The notes: generated from the sequence alone by a model not told the origin. Positions 23,028 through 39,235 are shown, counted from the stretch's first letter. The stretch: 64,000 nucleotides of DNA from Escherichia coli (GCF_024223415.1 NZ_CP100500.1), one strand, 5' to 3'. Numbers and translations are program-made.

Positions 23028-23755
23028 GTAAGCTGATTGTCCCGCAGTGGCCGCTGCCAAAAGGTGTTGCGGCTTGTAGCTCTACTCGTATCGGCGGCGT
23101 GAGCTTGCCCCCGTATGACTCGCTCAACCTCGGTGCCCATTGTGGCGATAACCCGGATCACGTTGAGGAGAATCGCAAGCGACTTTTTGCTGCGGGCAAT
23201 TTGCCTTCTAAACCGGTCTGGCTTGAGCAGGTACACGGCAAAGATGTGCTTAAGCTTACTGGCGAACCTTATGCCTCAAAACGAGCAGATGCCTCTTATA
23301 GCAATACGCCTGGCACGGTTTGCGCAGTGATGACTGCCGACTGCCTCCCTGTGCTGTTTTGCAATCGAGCGGGAACGGAAGTCGCCGCCGCTCATGCTGG
23401 CTGGCGTGGACTGTGCGCAGGCGTGCTGGAAGAGACAGTTTCCTGTTTTGCTGATAATCCGGAAAATATTCTCGCCTGGTTAGGGCCGGCAATTGGTCCA
23501 CGCGCGTTCGAAGTGGGGGCGGAGGTTCGCGAGGCGTTTATGGCAGCAGACGCCAAAGCGAGTACAGCTTTCATTCAGCATGGTGATAAGTATCTGGCGG
23601 ATATTTATCTGCTTGCCCGGCAGCGTCTGGCGAGCGTTGGTGTTGAACAAATTTTCGGCGGCGACCGTTGTACATATACGGAAAATGAGACTTTCTTCTC
23701 TTATCGTCGCGACAAGACCACCGGGCGTATGGCAAGTTTCATTTGGCTGATATAA
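23024..23755 (+). CDS. yfiH: YfiH/PgeF family (DUF152) protein
   Basis: 243-aa ORF overlapping the rluD stop by 4 nt. Confidence 0.93.
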   Translation: MSKLIVPQWPLPKGVAACSSTRIGGVSLPPYDSLNLGAHCGDNPDHVEENRKRLFAAGNLPSKPVWLEQVHGKDVLKLTGEPYASKRADASYSNTPGTVCAVMTADCLPVLFCNRAGTEVAAAHAGWRGLCAGVLEETVSCFADNPENILAWLGPAIGPRAFEVGAEVREAFMAADAKASTAFIQHGDKYLADIYLLARQRLASVGVEQIFGGDRCTYTENETFFSYRRDKTTGRMASFIWLI

Positions 23756-23762
23756 CCTAAAG

Positions 23763-23905
23763 AATCAAGACGATCCGGTACGCGTGATTTTCTTTTCACA
23801 TTAATCTGGTCAATAACCTTGAATAATTGAGGGATGACCTCATTTAATCTCCAGTAGCAACTTTGATCCGTTATGGGAGGAGTTATGCGTCTGGATCGTC
23901 TTACT
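23763..23905 (+). ncRNA. ryfD: Possible RyfD small RNA / clpB 5' leader (approximate coordinates)
   Basis: Placed only from recollection that RyfD maps to the clpB upstream/5' end region in K-12; I did not identify a promoter or terminator in the sequence. Confidence 0.3.
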
Positions 23906-26458
23906 AATAAATTCCAGCTTGCTCTTGCCGATGCCCAATCACTTGCACTCGGGCACGACAACCAATTCATCGAACCACTTCATTTAATGAGCGCCCTGCT
24001 GAATCAGGAAGGGGGGTCGGTTAGTCCTTTGTTAACATCAGCTGGCATAAATGCTGGCCAGTTGCGCACAGATATCAATCAGGCATTAAATCGTTTACCG
24101 CAGGTTGAAGGTACTGGTGGTGATGTCCAGCCATCACAGGATCTGGTGCGCGTTCTTAATCTTTGCGACAAGCTGGCGCAAAAACGTGGTGATAACTTTA
24201 TCTCGTCAGAACTGTTCGTTCTGGCGGCACTTGAGTCTCGCGGCACGCTGGCCGACATCCTGAAAGCAGCAGGGGCGACCACCGCCAACATTACTCAAGC
24301 GATTGAACAAATGCGTGGAGGTGAAAGCGTGAACGATCAAGGTGCTGAAGACCAACGTCAGGCTTTGAAAAAATATACCATCGACCTTACCGAACGAGCC
24401 GAACAGGGCAAACTCGATCCGGTGATTGGTCGTGATGAAGAAATTCGCCGTACCATTCAGGTGCTGCAACGTCGTACTAAAAATAACCCGGTACTGATTG
24501 GTGAACCCGGCGTCGGTAAAACTGCCATCGTTGAAGGTCTGGCGCAGCGTATTATCAACGGCGAAGTGCCGGAAGGGTTGAAAGGCCGCCGGGTACTGGC
24601 GCTGGATATGGGCGCGCTGGTGGCTGGGGCGAAATATCGCGGTGAGTTTGAAGAACGTTTAAAAGGCGTGCTTAACGATCTTGCCAAACAGGAAGGCAAC
24701 GTCATCCTGTTTATCGACGAATTACATACCATGGTCGGCGCGGGTAAAGCCGATGGCGCAATGGACGCCGGAAACATGCTGAAACCGGCGCTGGCGCGTG
24801 GTGAATTGCACTGCGTAGGTGCCACGACGCTTGACGAATATCGCCAGTACATCGAAAAAGATGCTGCGCTGGAACGTCGTTTCCAGAAAGTGTTTGTTGC
24901 CGAGCCTTCTGTTGAAGATACCATTGCGATTCTGCGTGGCCTGAAAGAACGTTACGAATTGCACCACCATGTGCAAATTACTGACCCGGCAATTGTTGCA
25001 GCGGCGACGTTGTCTCATCGCTATATTGCTGACCGTCAGCTGCCGGATAAAGCCATCGACCTGATCGATGAAGCAGCATCCAGCATTCGTATGCAGATTG
25101 ACTCAAAACCAGAAGAACTCGACCGACTCGATCGCCGTATCATCCAGCTCAAACTGGAACAACAGGCGTTAATGAAAGAGTCTGATGAAGCCAGTAAAAA
25201 ACGCCTGGATATGCTCAACGAAGAACTGAGCGACAAAGAACGTCAGTACTCCGAGTTAGAAGAAGAGTGGAAAGCAGAGAAGGCATCGCTTTCTGGTACG
25301 CAGACCATTAAAGCGGAACTGGAACAGGCGAAAATCGCTATTGAACAGGCTCGCCGTGTGGGGGACCTGGCGCGGATGTCTGAACTGCAATACGGCAAAA
25401 TCCCGGAACTGGAAAAGCAACTGGAAGCCGCAACGCAGCTCGAAGGCAAAACTATGCGTCTATTGCGTAATAAAGTGACCGACGCCGAAATTGCTGAAGT
25501 GCTGGCGCGTTGGACGGGGATTCCGGTTTCTCGCATGATGGAAAGCGAGCGCGAAAAACTGCTGCGTATGGAGCAAGAACTGCACCATCGCGTAATTGGT
25601 CAGAACGAAGCGGTTGATGCGGTATCTAACGCTATTCGTCGTAGCCGTGCGGGGCTGGCGGATCCAAATCGCCCGATTGGTTCATTCCTGTTCCTCGGCC
25701 CAACTGGTGTGGGGAAAACAGAGCTTTGTAAGGCGCTGGCGAACTTTATGTTTGATAGCGACGAGGCGATGGTCCGTATCGATATGTCCGAGTTTATGGA
25801 GAAACACTCGGTGTCTCGTCTGGTTGGTGCGCCTCCGGGATATGTCGGTTATGAAGAAGGTGGCTACCTGACCGAAGCGGTGCGTCGTCGTCCGTATTCC
25901 GTCATCCTGCTGGATGAAGTGGAAAAAGCGCATCCGGATGTCTTCAACATTCTGTTGCAGGTACTGGATGATGGGCGTCTGACTGACGGGCAAGGGAGAA
26001 CGGTCGACTTCCGTAATACGGTCGTCATTATGACCTCTAACCTCGGTTCCGATCTGATTCAGGAACGCTTCGGTGAACTGGATTATGCGCACATGAAAGA
26101 GCTGGTGCTCGGTGTGGTAAGCCATAACTTCCGTCCGGAGTTCATTAACCGTATCGATGAAGTGGTGGTCTTCCATCCGCTGGGCGAACAGCACATTGCC
26201 TCGATTGCGCAGATTCAGTTGAAACGTCTGTACAAACGTCTGGAAGAACGTGGTTATGAAATCCACATTTCTGACGAGGCGCTGAAACTGCTGAGCGAGA
26301 ACGGTTACGATCCAGTCTATGGTGCACGTCCTTTGAAACGTGCTATCCAGCAGCAGATCGAAAACCCGTTGGCACAGCAAATACTGTCTGGTGAATTGGT
26401 TCCGGGTAAAGTTATTCGCCTGGAAGTTAATGAAGACCGGATTGTCGCCGTCCAGTAA
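23885..26458 (+). CDS. clpB: Chaperone ClpB (AAA+ disaggregase)
   Basis: ATG preceded by GGAGG ([21 protein letters not shown]..., 857 aa) with two Walker A motifs; the track ORF is 4 codons longer. Confidence 0.97.
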
Positions 26459-26463
26459 TGATA

Positions 26464-26490
26464 AAACGAGCCCTTCGGGGCTCGTTTTTG
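26464..26490 (+). terminator. clpB intrinsic terminator
   Basis: AAAACGAGCCC-TTCG-GGGCTCGTTTTT immediately after the clpB stop. Confidence 0.7.
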
Positions 26491-26572
26491 TCTATAAGTT
26501 AGACGGAAAAGACTATATTTAAGATGTTTTGCCTGAAAAATGAGCGAACGATAAGGTTTTTATATTTTTCGC

Positions 26573-26600
26573 TTGTCAGGCCGGAATAACTCCCTATAAT
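26573..26600 (+). promoter_or_regulatory. rRNA operon promoter P1
   Basis: -35 TTGTCA (26573-26578), 16-bp spacer, -10 TATAAT (26595-26600), with an AT-rich UP-like region upstream. Confidence 0.8.
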
Positions 26601-26691
26601 GCGCCACCACTGACACGGAACAACGGCAAACACGCCGCCGGGTCAGCGGGGTTCTCCTGAGAATTCCGGCAGAGAAAGCAAAAATAAATGC

Positions 26692-26719
26692 TTGACTCTG
26701 TAGCGGGAAAGCGTATTAT
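26692..26719 (+). promoter_or_regulatory. rRNA operon promoter P2
   Basis: -35 TTGACT (26692-26697), 16-bp spacer, -10 TATTAT (26714-26719). Confidence 0.8.
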
Positions 26720-26900
26720 GCACACCCCGCGCCGCTGAGAAAAAGCGAAGCGGCACTGCTCTTTAACAATTTATCAGACAATCTGTGTGGGCACTCGAAG
26801 ATACGGATTCTTAACGTCGCAAGACGAAAAATGAATACCAAGTCTCAAGAGTGAACACGTAATTCATTACGAAGTTTAATTCTTTGAGCATCAAACTTTT

Positions 26901-28442
<1,542 letters not shown>

Positions 28443-28527
28443 CCTTAAAGAAGCGTTCTTTGTAGTGCTCACACAGATTGTCTGATAGAAAGTGAAAAGC
28501 AAGGCGTCTTGCGAAGCAGACTGATAC

Positions 28528-28603
28528 GTCCCCTTCGTCTAGAGGCCCAGGACACCGCCCTTTCACGGCGGTAACAGGGGTTCGAATCCCCTAGGGGACG
28601 CCA
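28528..28603 (+). tRNA. gltW: tRNA-Glu (UUC) in the 16S-23S spacer
   Basis: GTCCCCTTCGTCTAGAGGCCCAGGACACCGCCCTTTCACGGCGGTAACAGGGGTTCGAATCCCCTAGGGGACGCCA, 76 nt with anticodon loop CTTTCAC. Confidence 0.97.
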
Positions 28604-28787
28604 CTTGCTGGTTTGTGAGTGAAAGTCACCTGCCTTAATATCTCAAAACTCATCTTCGGGTGATGTTTGAGATATTTGCTCTTTAAAAATCTGGATCAAG
28701 CTGAAAATTGAAACACTGAACAACGAAAGTTGTTCGTGAGTCTCTCAAATTTTCGCAACTCTGAAGTGAAACATCTTCGGGTTGTGA

Positions 28788-31691
<2,904 letters not shown>

Positions 31692-31783
31692 ACAACGCCG
31701 AAGCTGTTTTGGCGGATGAGAGAAGATTTTCAGCCTGATACAGATTAAATCAGAACGCAGAAGCGGTCTGATAAAACAGAATT

Positions 31784-31903
31784 TGCCTGGCGGCCGTAGC
31801 GCGGTGGTCCCACCTGACCCCATGCCGAACTCAGAAGTGAAACGCCGTAGCGCCGATGGTAGTGTGGGGTCTCCCCATGCGAGAGTAGGGAACTGCCAGG
31901 CAT
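31784..31903 (+). rRNA. rrfG: 5S ribosomal RNA (120 nt)
   Basis: TGCCTGGCGGCCGTAGCGCGGTGGTCCCACCTGACCCCATGCCGAACTCAG ... GGGAACTGCCAGGCAT. Confidence 0.98.
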
Positions 31904-31914
31904 CAAATAAAGCG

Positions 31915-31943
31915 AAAGGCCATCCGTCAGGATGGCCTTTTTG
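31915..31943 (+). terminator. rRNA operon terminator
   Basis: AAAGGCCATCC-GTCA-GGATGGCCTTTTT directly after 5S. Confidence 0.7.
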
Positions 31944-31959
31944 CGTTGGTGAAAAAAAT

Positions 31960-31987
31960 ACCTGATGCGACGCTGCGCGTCTTATAC
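31960..31987. repeat. REP-like element fragment
   Basis: CCTGATGCGACGCTGCGCGTCTTATAC resembles the REP consensus (GCCTGATGCGACGCT..GCGCGTCTTATC). Confidence 0.4.
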
Positions 31988-32223
31988 TCCCACATATGCC
32001 AGATTCAGCAACGGATACGGTTTCCCCAACTTGCCTACTTCCATACGTGTCCTCCTTACCAGAAATTTATCCTTAAGCTCCTCAATAACCATTTTCCTGC
32101 TAACTAAATTCATGGTTAAGGTTGCATAATGATAGGCAACAAATGTATAACATTTTCTTTACCAAAAGAAATAAACAAAAGCGACCGACAAAAGCATCGG
32201 ATTACGGCAGGAGACATAATGGC

Positions 32224-33522
32224 ATGGCTGAAAGTACTGTAACGGCAGACAGCAAACTGACAAGTAGTGATACACGTCGCCGCATTTGGGCGATTGTGGG
32301 GGCCTCTTCAGGTAATCTGGTCGAGTGGTTCGATTTCTATGTCTACTCGTTCTGTTCACTCTACTTTGCCCACATCTTCTTCCCTTCCGGGAACACGACG
32401 ACTCAACTACTACAAACAGCAGGTGTTTTTGCTGCGGGATTCCTGATGCGCCCAATAGGCGGTTGGCTATTTGGCCGCATAGCCGATAAACATGGTCGCA
32501 AAAAATCGATGCTGCTATCGGTGTGTATGATGTGTTTCGGCTCACTGGTAATCGCCTGTTTGCCTGGTTATGAAACAATCGGTACGTGGGCTCCGGCATT
32601 ATTGCTTCTCGCGCGTTTATTTCAGGGATTATCCGTTGGCGGAGAATATGGCACCAGCGCCACCTATATGAGTGAAGTTGCCGTTGAAGGGCGTAAAGGT
32701 TTTTACGCATCATTTCAGTATGTGACGTTGATCGGCGGACAACTGCTAGCCCTACTGGTTGTCGTGGTTTTACAACACACCATGGAAGACGCTGCACTCA
32801 GAGAGTGGGGATGGCGTATTCCTTTCGCGTTAGGAGCTGTGTTAGCTGTTGTGGCGTTGTGGTTACGTCGTCAGTTAGATGAAACTTCGCAACAAGAAAC
32901 GCGCGCTTTAAAAGAAGCTGGATCTCTGAAAGGATTATGGCGCAATCGCCGTGCATTCATCATGGTTCTCGGTTTTACCGCTGCGGGCTCCCTTTGTTTC
33001 TATACCTTCACCACTTATATGCAGAAGTATCTGGTAAATACTGCGGGAATGCATGCCAACGTGGCGAGTGGCATTATGACTGCCGCATTGTTTGTATTCA
33101 TGCTTATTCAACCACTCATTGGCGCGCTGTCGGATAAGATTGGTCGCCGTACCTCAATGTTATGTTTCGGTTCGCTGGCAGCGATTTTTACCGTTCCTAT
33201 TCTCTCAGCATTGCAAAACGTTTCCTCGCCTTATGCCGCTTTTGGTCTGGTGATGTGTGCCCTGCTGATAGTGAGTTTTTATACATCAATCAGTGGAATA
33301 CTGAAGGCTGAGATGTTCCCGGCACAGGTTCGCGCATTAGGCGTTGGTCTGTCATATGCGGTCGCTAATGCTATATTTGGTGGTTCGGCGGAGTACGTAG
33401 CGTTGTCGCTGAAATCAATAGGAATGGAAACAGCCTTCTTCTGGTATGTGACCTTGATGGCCGTGGTGGCGTTTCTGGTTTCTTTGATGCTACATCGCAA
33501 AGGGAAGGGGATGCGTCTTTAG
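32224..33522 (+). CDS. kgtP: Alpha-ketoglutarate permease (MFS transporter)
   Basis: [41 protein letters not shown]..., 432 aa from the internal ATG; the track ORF is extended 34 codons. Confidence 0.95.
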
Positions 33523-33842
33523 TGACGGGTCAGTTGCCAGACGGTATAGCCGGTGCTTGCACCGGCGACATCCCAGGCCAAATCCTTCCAGCTCCAGCCG
33601 CTCCCTTCGGGGCGGCTATCCCAAAGCTCTTTTGACGCCCCCAAACTGACAGAGAACATCAATCCAAACATGGCACTGCGATCCCGGCTCATCCCCTGAT
33701 GCTGTGAATATTCATTTCCGGCGGCGGAAAGCATCGCCGAGGCGATAAAGTGTTGAGCTTTATCCTGCCCGCTCCAGCTATCGTTAGCCATATGGCTGCA
33801 TCCAGAAAGTAACAATAGCGAACAGACAAAAAGAATACGCAA
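33519..33842 (-). CDS. yfiM: Lipoprotein YfiM
   Basis: TTG start at 33842, 7 nt after GGAGG, giving (M)[20 protein letters not shown]... (107 aa); the track ORF starts at another TTG 7 codons upstream. Confidence 0.8.
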
Positions 33843-33887
33843 AACGTGGCCTCCAAAAAACAAACCCCGTACAGGACGGGGTTGTGA

Positions 33888-35243
33888 TTACAGGATGCGG
33901 CTAATTAATCGGTCGATGCGGATACGGCGCAAACGGCGGATGAGTTTACGAACCTTCACCGGATAATCGGCAATACTTTGCAGATCGCGATAGTGCTTAA
34001 CGATGGTGGTATGCTCGCGGATCAGCTCCAGTTCTTTCTCTCGCTGTGGCGCAAGCTCCAGTTGCGGATCGTGGATCAAAATGGCGTTTTCCAGATCCAG
34101 ACGCCAGGCGCGCGGGTTCAGGTTATTACCGGTGATCAACATCCACTTATCATCAACCCACATCCCTTTCAGGTGATAGGTGTTGTCGTCATCTTTCCAT
34201 AACCGAACCACTAACTGGTCAGTATTGACGTAATACTGCAAACGGCTCAGGAAACGACGCAGATTGATCTCATAGAGATAAGGCAATGCGCCAATTATCT
34301 TGAAAGGTTCATCTTCCGGAATGTAGAAGTCGTTCGCGGTTTTATCACCAACAATAATTTCGACCTTTTTCCCTTCGCGCAGCAACTGGATAATATTGCG
34401 CACAAGGATTGCTGGCAGGTTGAAGTATGGCGTACAGATGGTTAGTTTCTGCTCGGCACAAGGCATAAGATGGAAAATGGTCTTGTTCAACAGACTCGAT
34501 TTCCCCAGCCCCACTAGCGGCGTTACGGAAAGCTGATCGTTGTCGGCATCGCCCTGGAAATGATAAGCGGCATCACGCAGCTCCTGGCGGAACAGACGAA
34601 TATCATTCTTGATTTCCGGGCTTTTTGGCCGATTAACATCATCCAGACGATTAACGCCGCGGCCATTCATAATATTCTGTGTAACCCATTCAAACATAAT
34701 GTCTGACATCTTACGGTTACGGATAAGATGATAACGGTCGTAGCGATATTTATCGTGCTGATGCAGGTAAACATCGTTCAGGCTGGCACCGCTATAAAGT
34801 ACGCTATCGTCGATGATAAAGCCTTTAAAGTGCAGAACGCCAAGGGCTTCACGGGTATTGATTGGAACGCCATAAACCGGAACATCTACGCCCGGATTTT
34901 CCTGCGCCATGCGGCAGTACCAGTCAGCGTTAGTGTTAGATGCCGCAGCGCCAATGCGTCCACGTTGTGCACGATGCCAGTCGACCAGCACCCGCACATC
35001 CAGTTCCGGACGCTGCCTTTTAGCTTCATACAACGCGTTCAGAATGCCTTTGCCACCGTCATCCTGTTCGAGATACAGGGCGACAATGCAAATGCGCTGC
35101 TTCGCGCTGGCTATTTTTTCCAGCAGCGTCTCCCGGAAGTCGGCGGGAGCGTAAAAGAAATCGACATCATCAACTGATTGAGAAATCTTGGGTAGTTGGG
35201 CAAGGTGTTGTTGATGTTTATTACGCTTAAATTTTGACAACAT
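33888..35243 (-). CDS. pssA: CDP-diacylglycerol--serine O-phosphatidyltransferase (phosphatidylserine synthase)
   Basis: MLSKFKRNKHQQHLAQLPKISQ..., 451 aa with two PLD-type HKD motifs; ATG at 35243 (the track begins at the preceding GTG). Confidence 0.95.
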   Translation of the reverse strand: MLSKFKRNKHQQHLAQLPKISQSVDDVDFFYAPADFRETLLEKIASAKQRICIVALYLEQDDGGKGILNALYEAKRQRPELDVRVLVDWHRAQRGRIGAAASNTNADWYCRMAQENPGVDVPVYGVPINTREALGVLHFKGFIIDDSVLYSGASLNDVYLHQHDKYRYDRYHLIRNRKMSDIMFEWVTQNIMNGRGVNRLDDVNRPKSPEIKNDIRLFRQELRDAAYHFQGDADNDQLSVTPLVGLGKSSLLNKTIFHLMPCAEQKLTICTPYFNLPAILVRNIIQLLREGKKVEIIVGDKTANDFYIPEDEPFKIIGALPYLYEINLRRFLSRLQYYVNTDQLVVRLWKDDDNTYHLKGMWVDDKWMLITGNNLNPRAWRLDLENAILIHDPQLELAPQREKELELIREHTTIVKHYRDLQSIADYPVKVRKLIRRLRRIRIDRLISRIL

Positions 35244-35356
35244 CACAGTGCATTTCTTCTCTGTTCATTGAAGGGTCCTCTGTGCAATGCAGACGACATA
35301 AGCGGGCAATAATAACACCAGTCCCGATTAAGTGGTCAACATTTCCAGTACCTTAC

Positions 35357-38017
35357 TCATGATTCCTCGCGTTGGGCAAGATTTAGCGTAAGCCCAACGA
35401 TCCCCTCTTCGAGCTGGATATCAACGTTAAACCCGAGCTTGCGGGCCAGCGCCACCATGCCACGATTATTTGGCATCGTAATACCATTCAGACGTTGTAG
35501 TCCGTGATCTCGCGTATAGGTAATCAACTTTTCCATTAAGCGTCGACCTAAGCCTAACCCTTTGAGATCCGAGCGAACCAGCACGGCAAATTCGGCATCG
35601 ATGTTATCAGGGTCGGAGATCGCACGCGTGACGCCGAGGATCTCTTCCGTTTGATCAATACGTCGTACCGCTACAAACGCCATTTCCCGATCGTAGTCGA
35701 TCTGCGTCATGTTGGCTAAATCTTCATGGGTAAATTCGTTGATCTCGCTAAAGTAGCGGTAATAAAGATCTTCTTTGGTGACTCGCGAAATGAATTGCTG
35801 AAGTTGTGGCTCATCTTCTGGCAAAATCGGGCGGAACAAGCAGCGTTCACCGTTTTTCAATTCTACCCATTCTTCCAGCTGATGCGGATAAGGGCGCACT
35901 GCCAGCCGACTCTCGTTATCGCCTTCAAACGGCGCGATATCCAGCGTGACATCCAGCGCGTTAAATTCACTGCCAGAAGCCAGCAAAGGATGAATATCCA
36001 GACGCTGAATTTCCGGGCAATCGACAATCAAGTTGGAAACCTGCACCAGAAGCTGGCTCAAGCCTGCAACATCCAATGGGCGTAGCGCACTGCGCGCACG
36101 AATCTTTTTACTTTTGATCCCCTGAATAACCAGATAGCGGGCCAGGTTCATATTCAGCGGCGGCAGTGCGACGACGGCTTGATCTTCAGGACGCCACTCC
36201 ACACCGCCTTCACCCAGCATGATCAACGGCCCAAAAACCGGATCGTGCTCAACCACAACCCGCAACTCCTGAGCGCCAGCACGGTTAGCCATACTTTGCA
36301 CCAACAGGCCGTGGACCCGCGCCTGCGGCCAGGTCATTTTTACGCGATCGAAAATAGCGTTTGCCGCTTGCTGGACTTCATTGGCTGTACGCAGGTACAG
36401 CATGACGCCCTGAACTTCCGATTTATGTGGAATATCCGGCGAACGCAATTTCAGCGCCACCGGATAACCAATCTGTTCGGCAATATGCACCGCTTCGGTG
36501 CTATCACTGGCAATCCAGGTAGGGAGCGTGTTCATGCCATACGCTTGCAGGATGGGCTGAACTTCATGGGTATCGAGCGACGTAGCCCCTTCGGCAATCG
36601 CCTGTTGCAACAGAAGATGCGCTTTTGCGGTATTGGAAGTCAGATTGCTGGGCAACGCCGGCGTTTCGCGTAGTTGCTTCTGATTACGCCGGTACTCCAC
36701 CATATGCATAAAAGCAGTGATGGTTCCTTCCGGGGTACGGTAGGTCGGCAGCCCGGCTTCGCTGAATAAACGTCGTGCCTCTTGCGAGGAGTGCTCGCCG
36801 CACCAGTTCGTCAGCAGAGAAACATACTTGCTGCGGGGATGATGCTTTACCGCTTCAATTAATGCTTGCGCACTTTCTGTTGCGGGAGCAGCGGCGCTGG
36901 GCGAATGAATAACCATCAGCGCATCAAAATCCTGGCTATGGAGCAGAATGTCCAGCGTTTTGACATAATGCTCGCTGCTGGCGTCATCGCGCAGATCGAG
37001 CGGGTTAGAGATTGCCACATGTCCTGGCAGTGCATCGCGCAGTTTCTGGCAGGTTTCTTCGCTTAGTGTTGCCAGCTTGCCATTGCGTGACCATAAGGCA
37101 TCCAGCGCCAGCGCGGCAGGCGCAGCACCGTTGCTGATAATCATCAACCGGTCGCCACGCAGCGGGCGCATATGGCTAAGGGTTTCTACCGCCGAAAACA
37201 GTTCGTGGGTGTCCTGTACCCGCAACAAACCGGCACGCTGAATAGCCGCATCCCATGCCGGGTCCATTCCTGCCGTCGTGTTGAGCAGTCGCTGTGCCGC
37301 CGGGCTACGTCCGCTTTTAATCACCAGAATCGGTTTATTACGCGAGGCACTACGGGCCGCCGAAACAAAGCGTCGCGCGTCGCTTAACTGTTCGAGATAG
37401 AGCAGGATGGCGCTGGTTTTACTGTCGCGTGCCAGATAGTCAAGCAATTCATCAACGTCGATATCCAGGCTGTCGCCGAGCGCAATAAAGTAGGAAAAGC
37501 CCATCTCACGTTGTTGCGCCCAGTCGAGGATGGTGTTGGAGACGGCAGCCGATTGTGAAATAAACGCCAGCTTGCCGCGTTTAATAGGTACCGGCGAAAA
37601 GCTGGCATTCAGACCTTGCCAGGGAGCCAGTAAACCCAGACTGTTTGGTCCAAGCAGGCGCATGTTATGGCGCAGGGCGCAGGCGCGGAGATCTTCGTGT
37701 TGCGATGCCGGGGCGGAAAGAATAATGCAGGTTTTACAGCCTTTCTCGCCGAGCTCTTCCAGAAGAGCAAGATTACGGCTGGCATTGGTACATAAAACCG
37801 CAAGGTCGGGTGTAAAGGGCAAGCTGGCAATATCCGGCCAGGCCAACACACCCAACACCGCTTTCCAGGCTGGCGTCACCGGGAGTACCGGTCCGTTAAA
37901 GCCTCCCGCCAGCAGGTTACGCATCATCAGGTAACCTGCGCGATTGGGTTTCATCGACGCGCCAATTACCGCTATCGATTTTGGTCGCAGTAGTGCTTCC
38001 AGTCCTCGCTGACTCAT
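35357..38017 (-). CDS. patZ: Protein lysine acetyltransferase PatZ/Pka (YfiQ; CoA-binding, ATP-grasp and GNAT domains)
   Basis: 886-aa ORF; C-terminal GNAT region (…FVAVRRIDQTEEILGV…). Confidence 0.95.
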   Translation of the reverse strand: MSQRGLEALLRPKSIAVIGASMKPNRAGYLMMRNLLAGGFNGPVLPVTPAWKAVLGVLAWPDIASLPFTPDLAVLCTNASRNLALLEELGEKGCKTCIILSAPASQHEDLRACALRHNMRLLGPNSLGLLAPWQGLNASFSPVPIKRGKLAFISQSAAVSNTILDWAQQREMGFSYFIALGDSLDIDVDELLDYLARDSKTSAILLYLEQLSDARRFVSAARSASRNKPILVIKSGRSPAAQRLLNTTAGMDPAWDAAIQRAGLLRVQDTHELFSAVETLSHMRPLRGDRLMIISNGAAPAALALDALWSRNGKLATLSEETCQKLRDALPGHVAISNPLDLRDDASSEHYVKTLDILLHSQDFDALMVIHSPSAAAPATESAQALIEAVKHHPRSKYVSLLTNWCGEHSSQEARRLFSEAGLPTYRTPEGTITAFMHMVEYRRNQKQLRETPALPSNLTSNTAKAHLLLQQAIAEGATSLDTHEVQPILQAYGMNTLPTWIASDSTEAVHIAEQIGYPVALKLRSPDIPHKSEVQGVMLYLRTANEVQQAANAIFDRVKMTWPQARVHGLLVQSMANRAGAQELRVVVEHDPVFGPLIMLGEGGVEWRPEDQAVVALPPLNMNLARYLVIQGIKSKKIRARSALRPLDVAGLSQLLVQVSNLIVDCPEIQRLDIHPLLASGSEFNALDVTLDIAPFEGDNESRLAVRPYPHQLEEWVELKNGERCLFRPILPEDEPQLQQFISRVTKEDLYYRYFSEINEFTHEDLANMTQIDYDREMAFVAVRRIDQTEEILGVTRAISDPDNIDAEFAVLVRSDLKGLGLGRRLMEKLITYTRDHGLQRLNGITMPNNRGMVALARKLGFNVDIQLEEGIVGLTLNLAQREES

Positions 38018-38048
38018 ACCGGTCTCCCGCAGAAGTGACCGAATGATT

Positions 38049-38747
38049 TTAAACGCTTTCTAACTGTTCTGCTGTGATGCTACCCAGATGTTGCGTTTTT
38101 CCTGCCAGATAGCGTGTTTTAAAGCGGGTAAAATGCTCGCCTAACCCTGCTGCCGCCCCGGTATCGCCGGCCATATCTAACAGTGCGATGGCTACCTCGG
38201 CAGTACAATATTGGCCTTCAGCCTGGGCTTCACGCAGGCGATAGGCAGAAAGCCGGGAAAGATCGACGGAAATGACGGGAAGATTATCCAGATACGGACT
38301 TTTACGAAACATCTTGCGAGCTTCCGGCCAGGTACCATCGAGCATGATAAACAGCGGTGGCTTACCGGAAGGCGGGGTGAAGATCACTTCCCGTTGCTCA
38401 TCAGCATACGAGGCTGGAAAGACCACCATTGGCTGATAATCCGGATTTTGTACCAGATCCAGCAAATCCTGCGAGGGTTCGGTACGCGACCATTGAAACG
38501 CAACGGTATCAGGTAAAATATCAGCAATCAGACGCCCGGTATTACTGGGCTTCATTGGCTCGGTGTCGAACATCAGCAAACAGAAGCGACTTTTTGCTTG
38601 TGCTGGGGTAATTGTCGAACAGAGACATAATTTCTCTGGCAAAAGACAGCGTTGGCAGCGACGAACGCGATTACCGCGGGCAAGAAAAGGACGTGTTGCG
38701 CGCGCAATACGCTCGGCGCGTAACTGGAGAACAGCGTTTTCGGTCAT
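38049..38747 (-). CDS. yfiP: DTW-domain protein YfiP (tRNA aminocarboxypropyltransferase family)
   Basis: MTENAVLQLRAERIARATRPF... with DGTW motif (FIMLDGTW), 232 aa from the internal ATG. Confidence 0.9.
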   Translation of the reverse strand: MTENAVLQLRAERIARATRPFLARGNRVRRCQRCLLPEKLCLCSTITPAQAKSRFCLLMFDTEPMKPSNTGRLIADILPDTVAFQWSRTEPSQDLLDLVQNPDYQPMVVFPASYADEQREVIFTPPSGKPPLFIMLDGTWPEARKMFRKSPYLDNLPVISVDLSRLSAYRLREAQAEGQYCTAEVAIALLDMAGDTGAAAGLGEHFTRFKTRYLAGKTQHLGSITAEQLESV

Positions 38748-38815
38748 AAGAGAGCGTCGAAAAAACGCCATTGTCGCAGAGGAGAATACGGGGCACAAGA
38801 TGCGCCCCGGTAAGA

Positions 38816-39235
38816 TTAAAGAGATTCGTTCAGCCAGCTATCGAACGGCGCTTTCGGTACTGCGCCATTAAGCATGTCGACAACCTGACCGTTTTTGAAA
38901 ATCATGATCGTCGGTATACTACGAATTCCAAAGCGACTGCTCAATTCACGTTCAGCTTCGGTATTCACTTTCACAAAGCGCACTTTACCGCTACGCTCTT
39001 GCGCGACATCTTCAAAAATTGGTGCGAAATTACGGCAGGGGCCGCACCACGGTGCCCAGAAGTCGATCACCACTGGTAGATCATCTTTCAGCAATTTGTC
39101 GAGCGTTTCACCGGTCGCATTAATCACCTCTCCGTCAAACAAGTCGTGACCGCAGCGTCCGCATTTTGCCGCATCTTCGATCCGATCGTCGGGAATGCGA
39201 TTGATGGCCTGACAATGGGTACAAACGGTATTCAT
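38816..39235 (-). CDS. trxC: Thioredoxin 2
   Basis: 139-aa ORF with N-terminal zinc-finger cysteines (CTHC...CGRCGH) and WCGPC active site. Confidence 0.95.
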
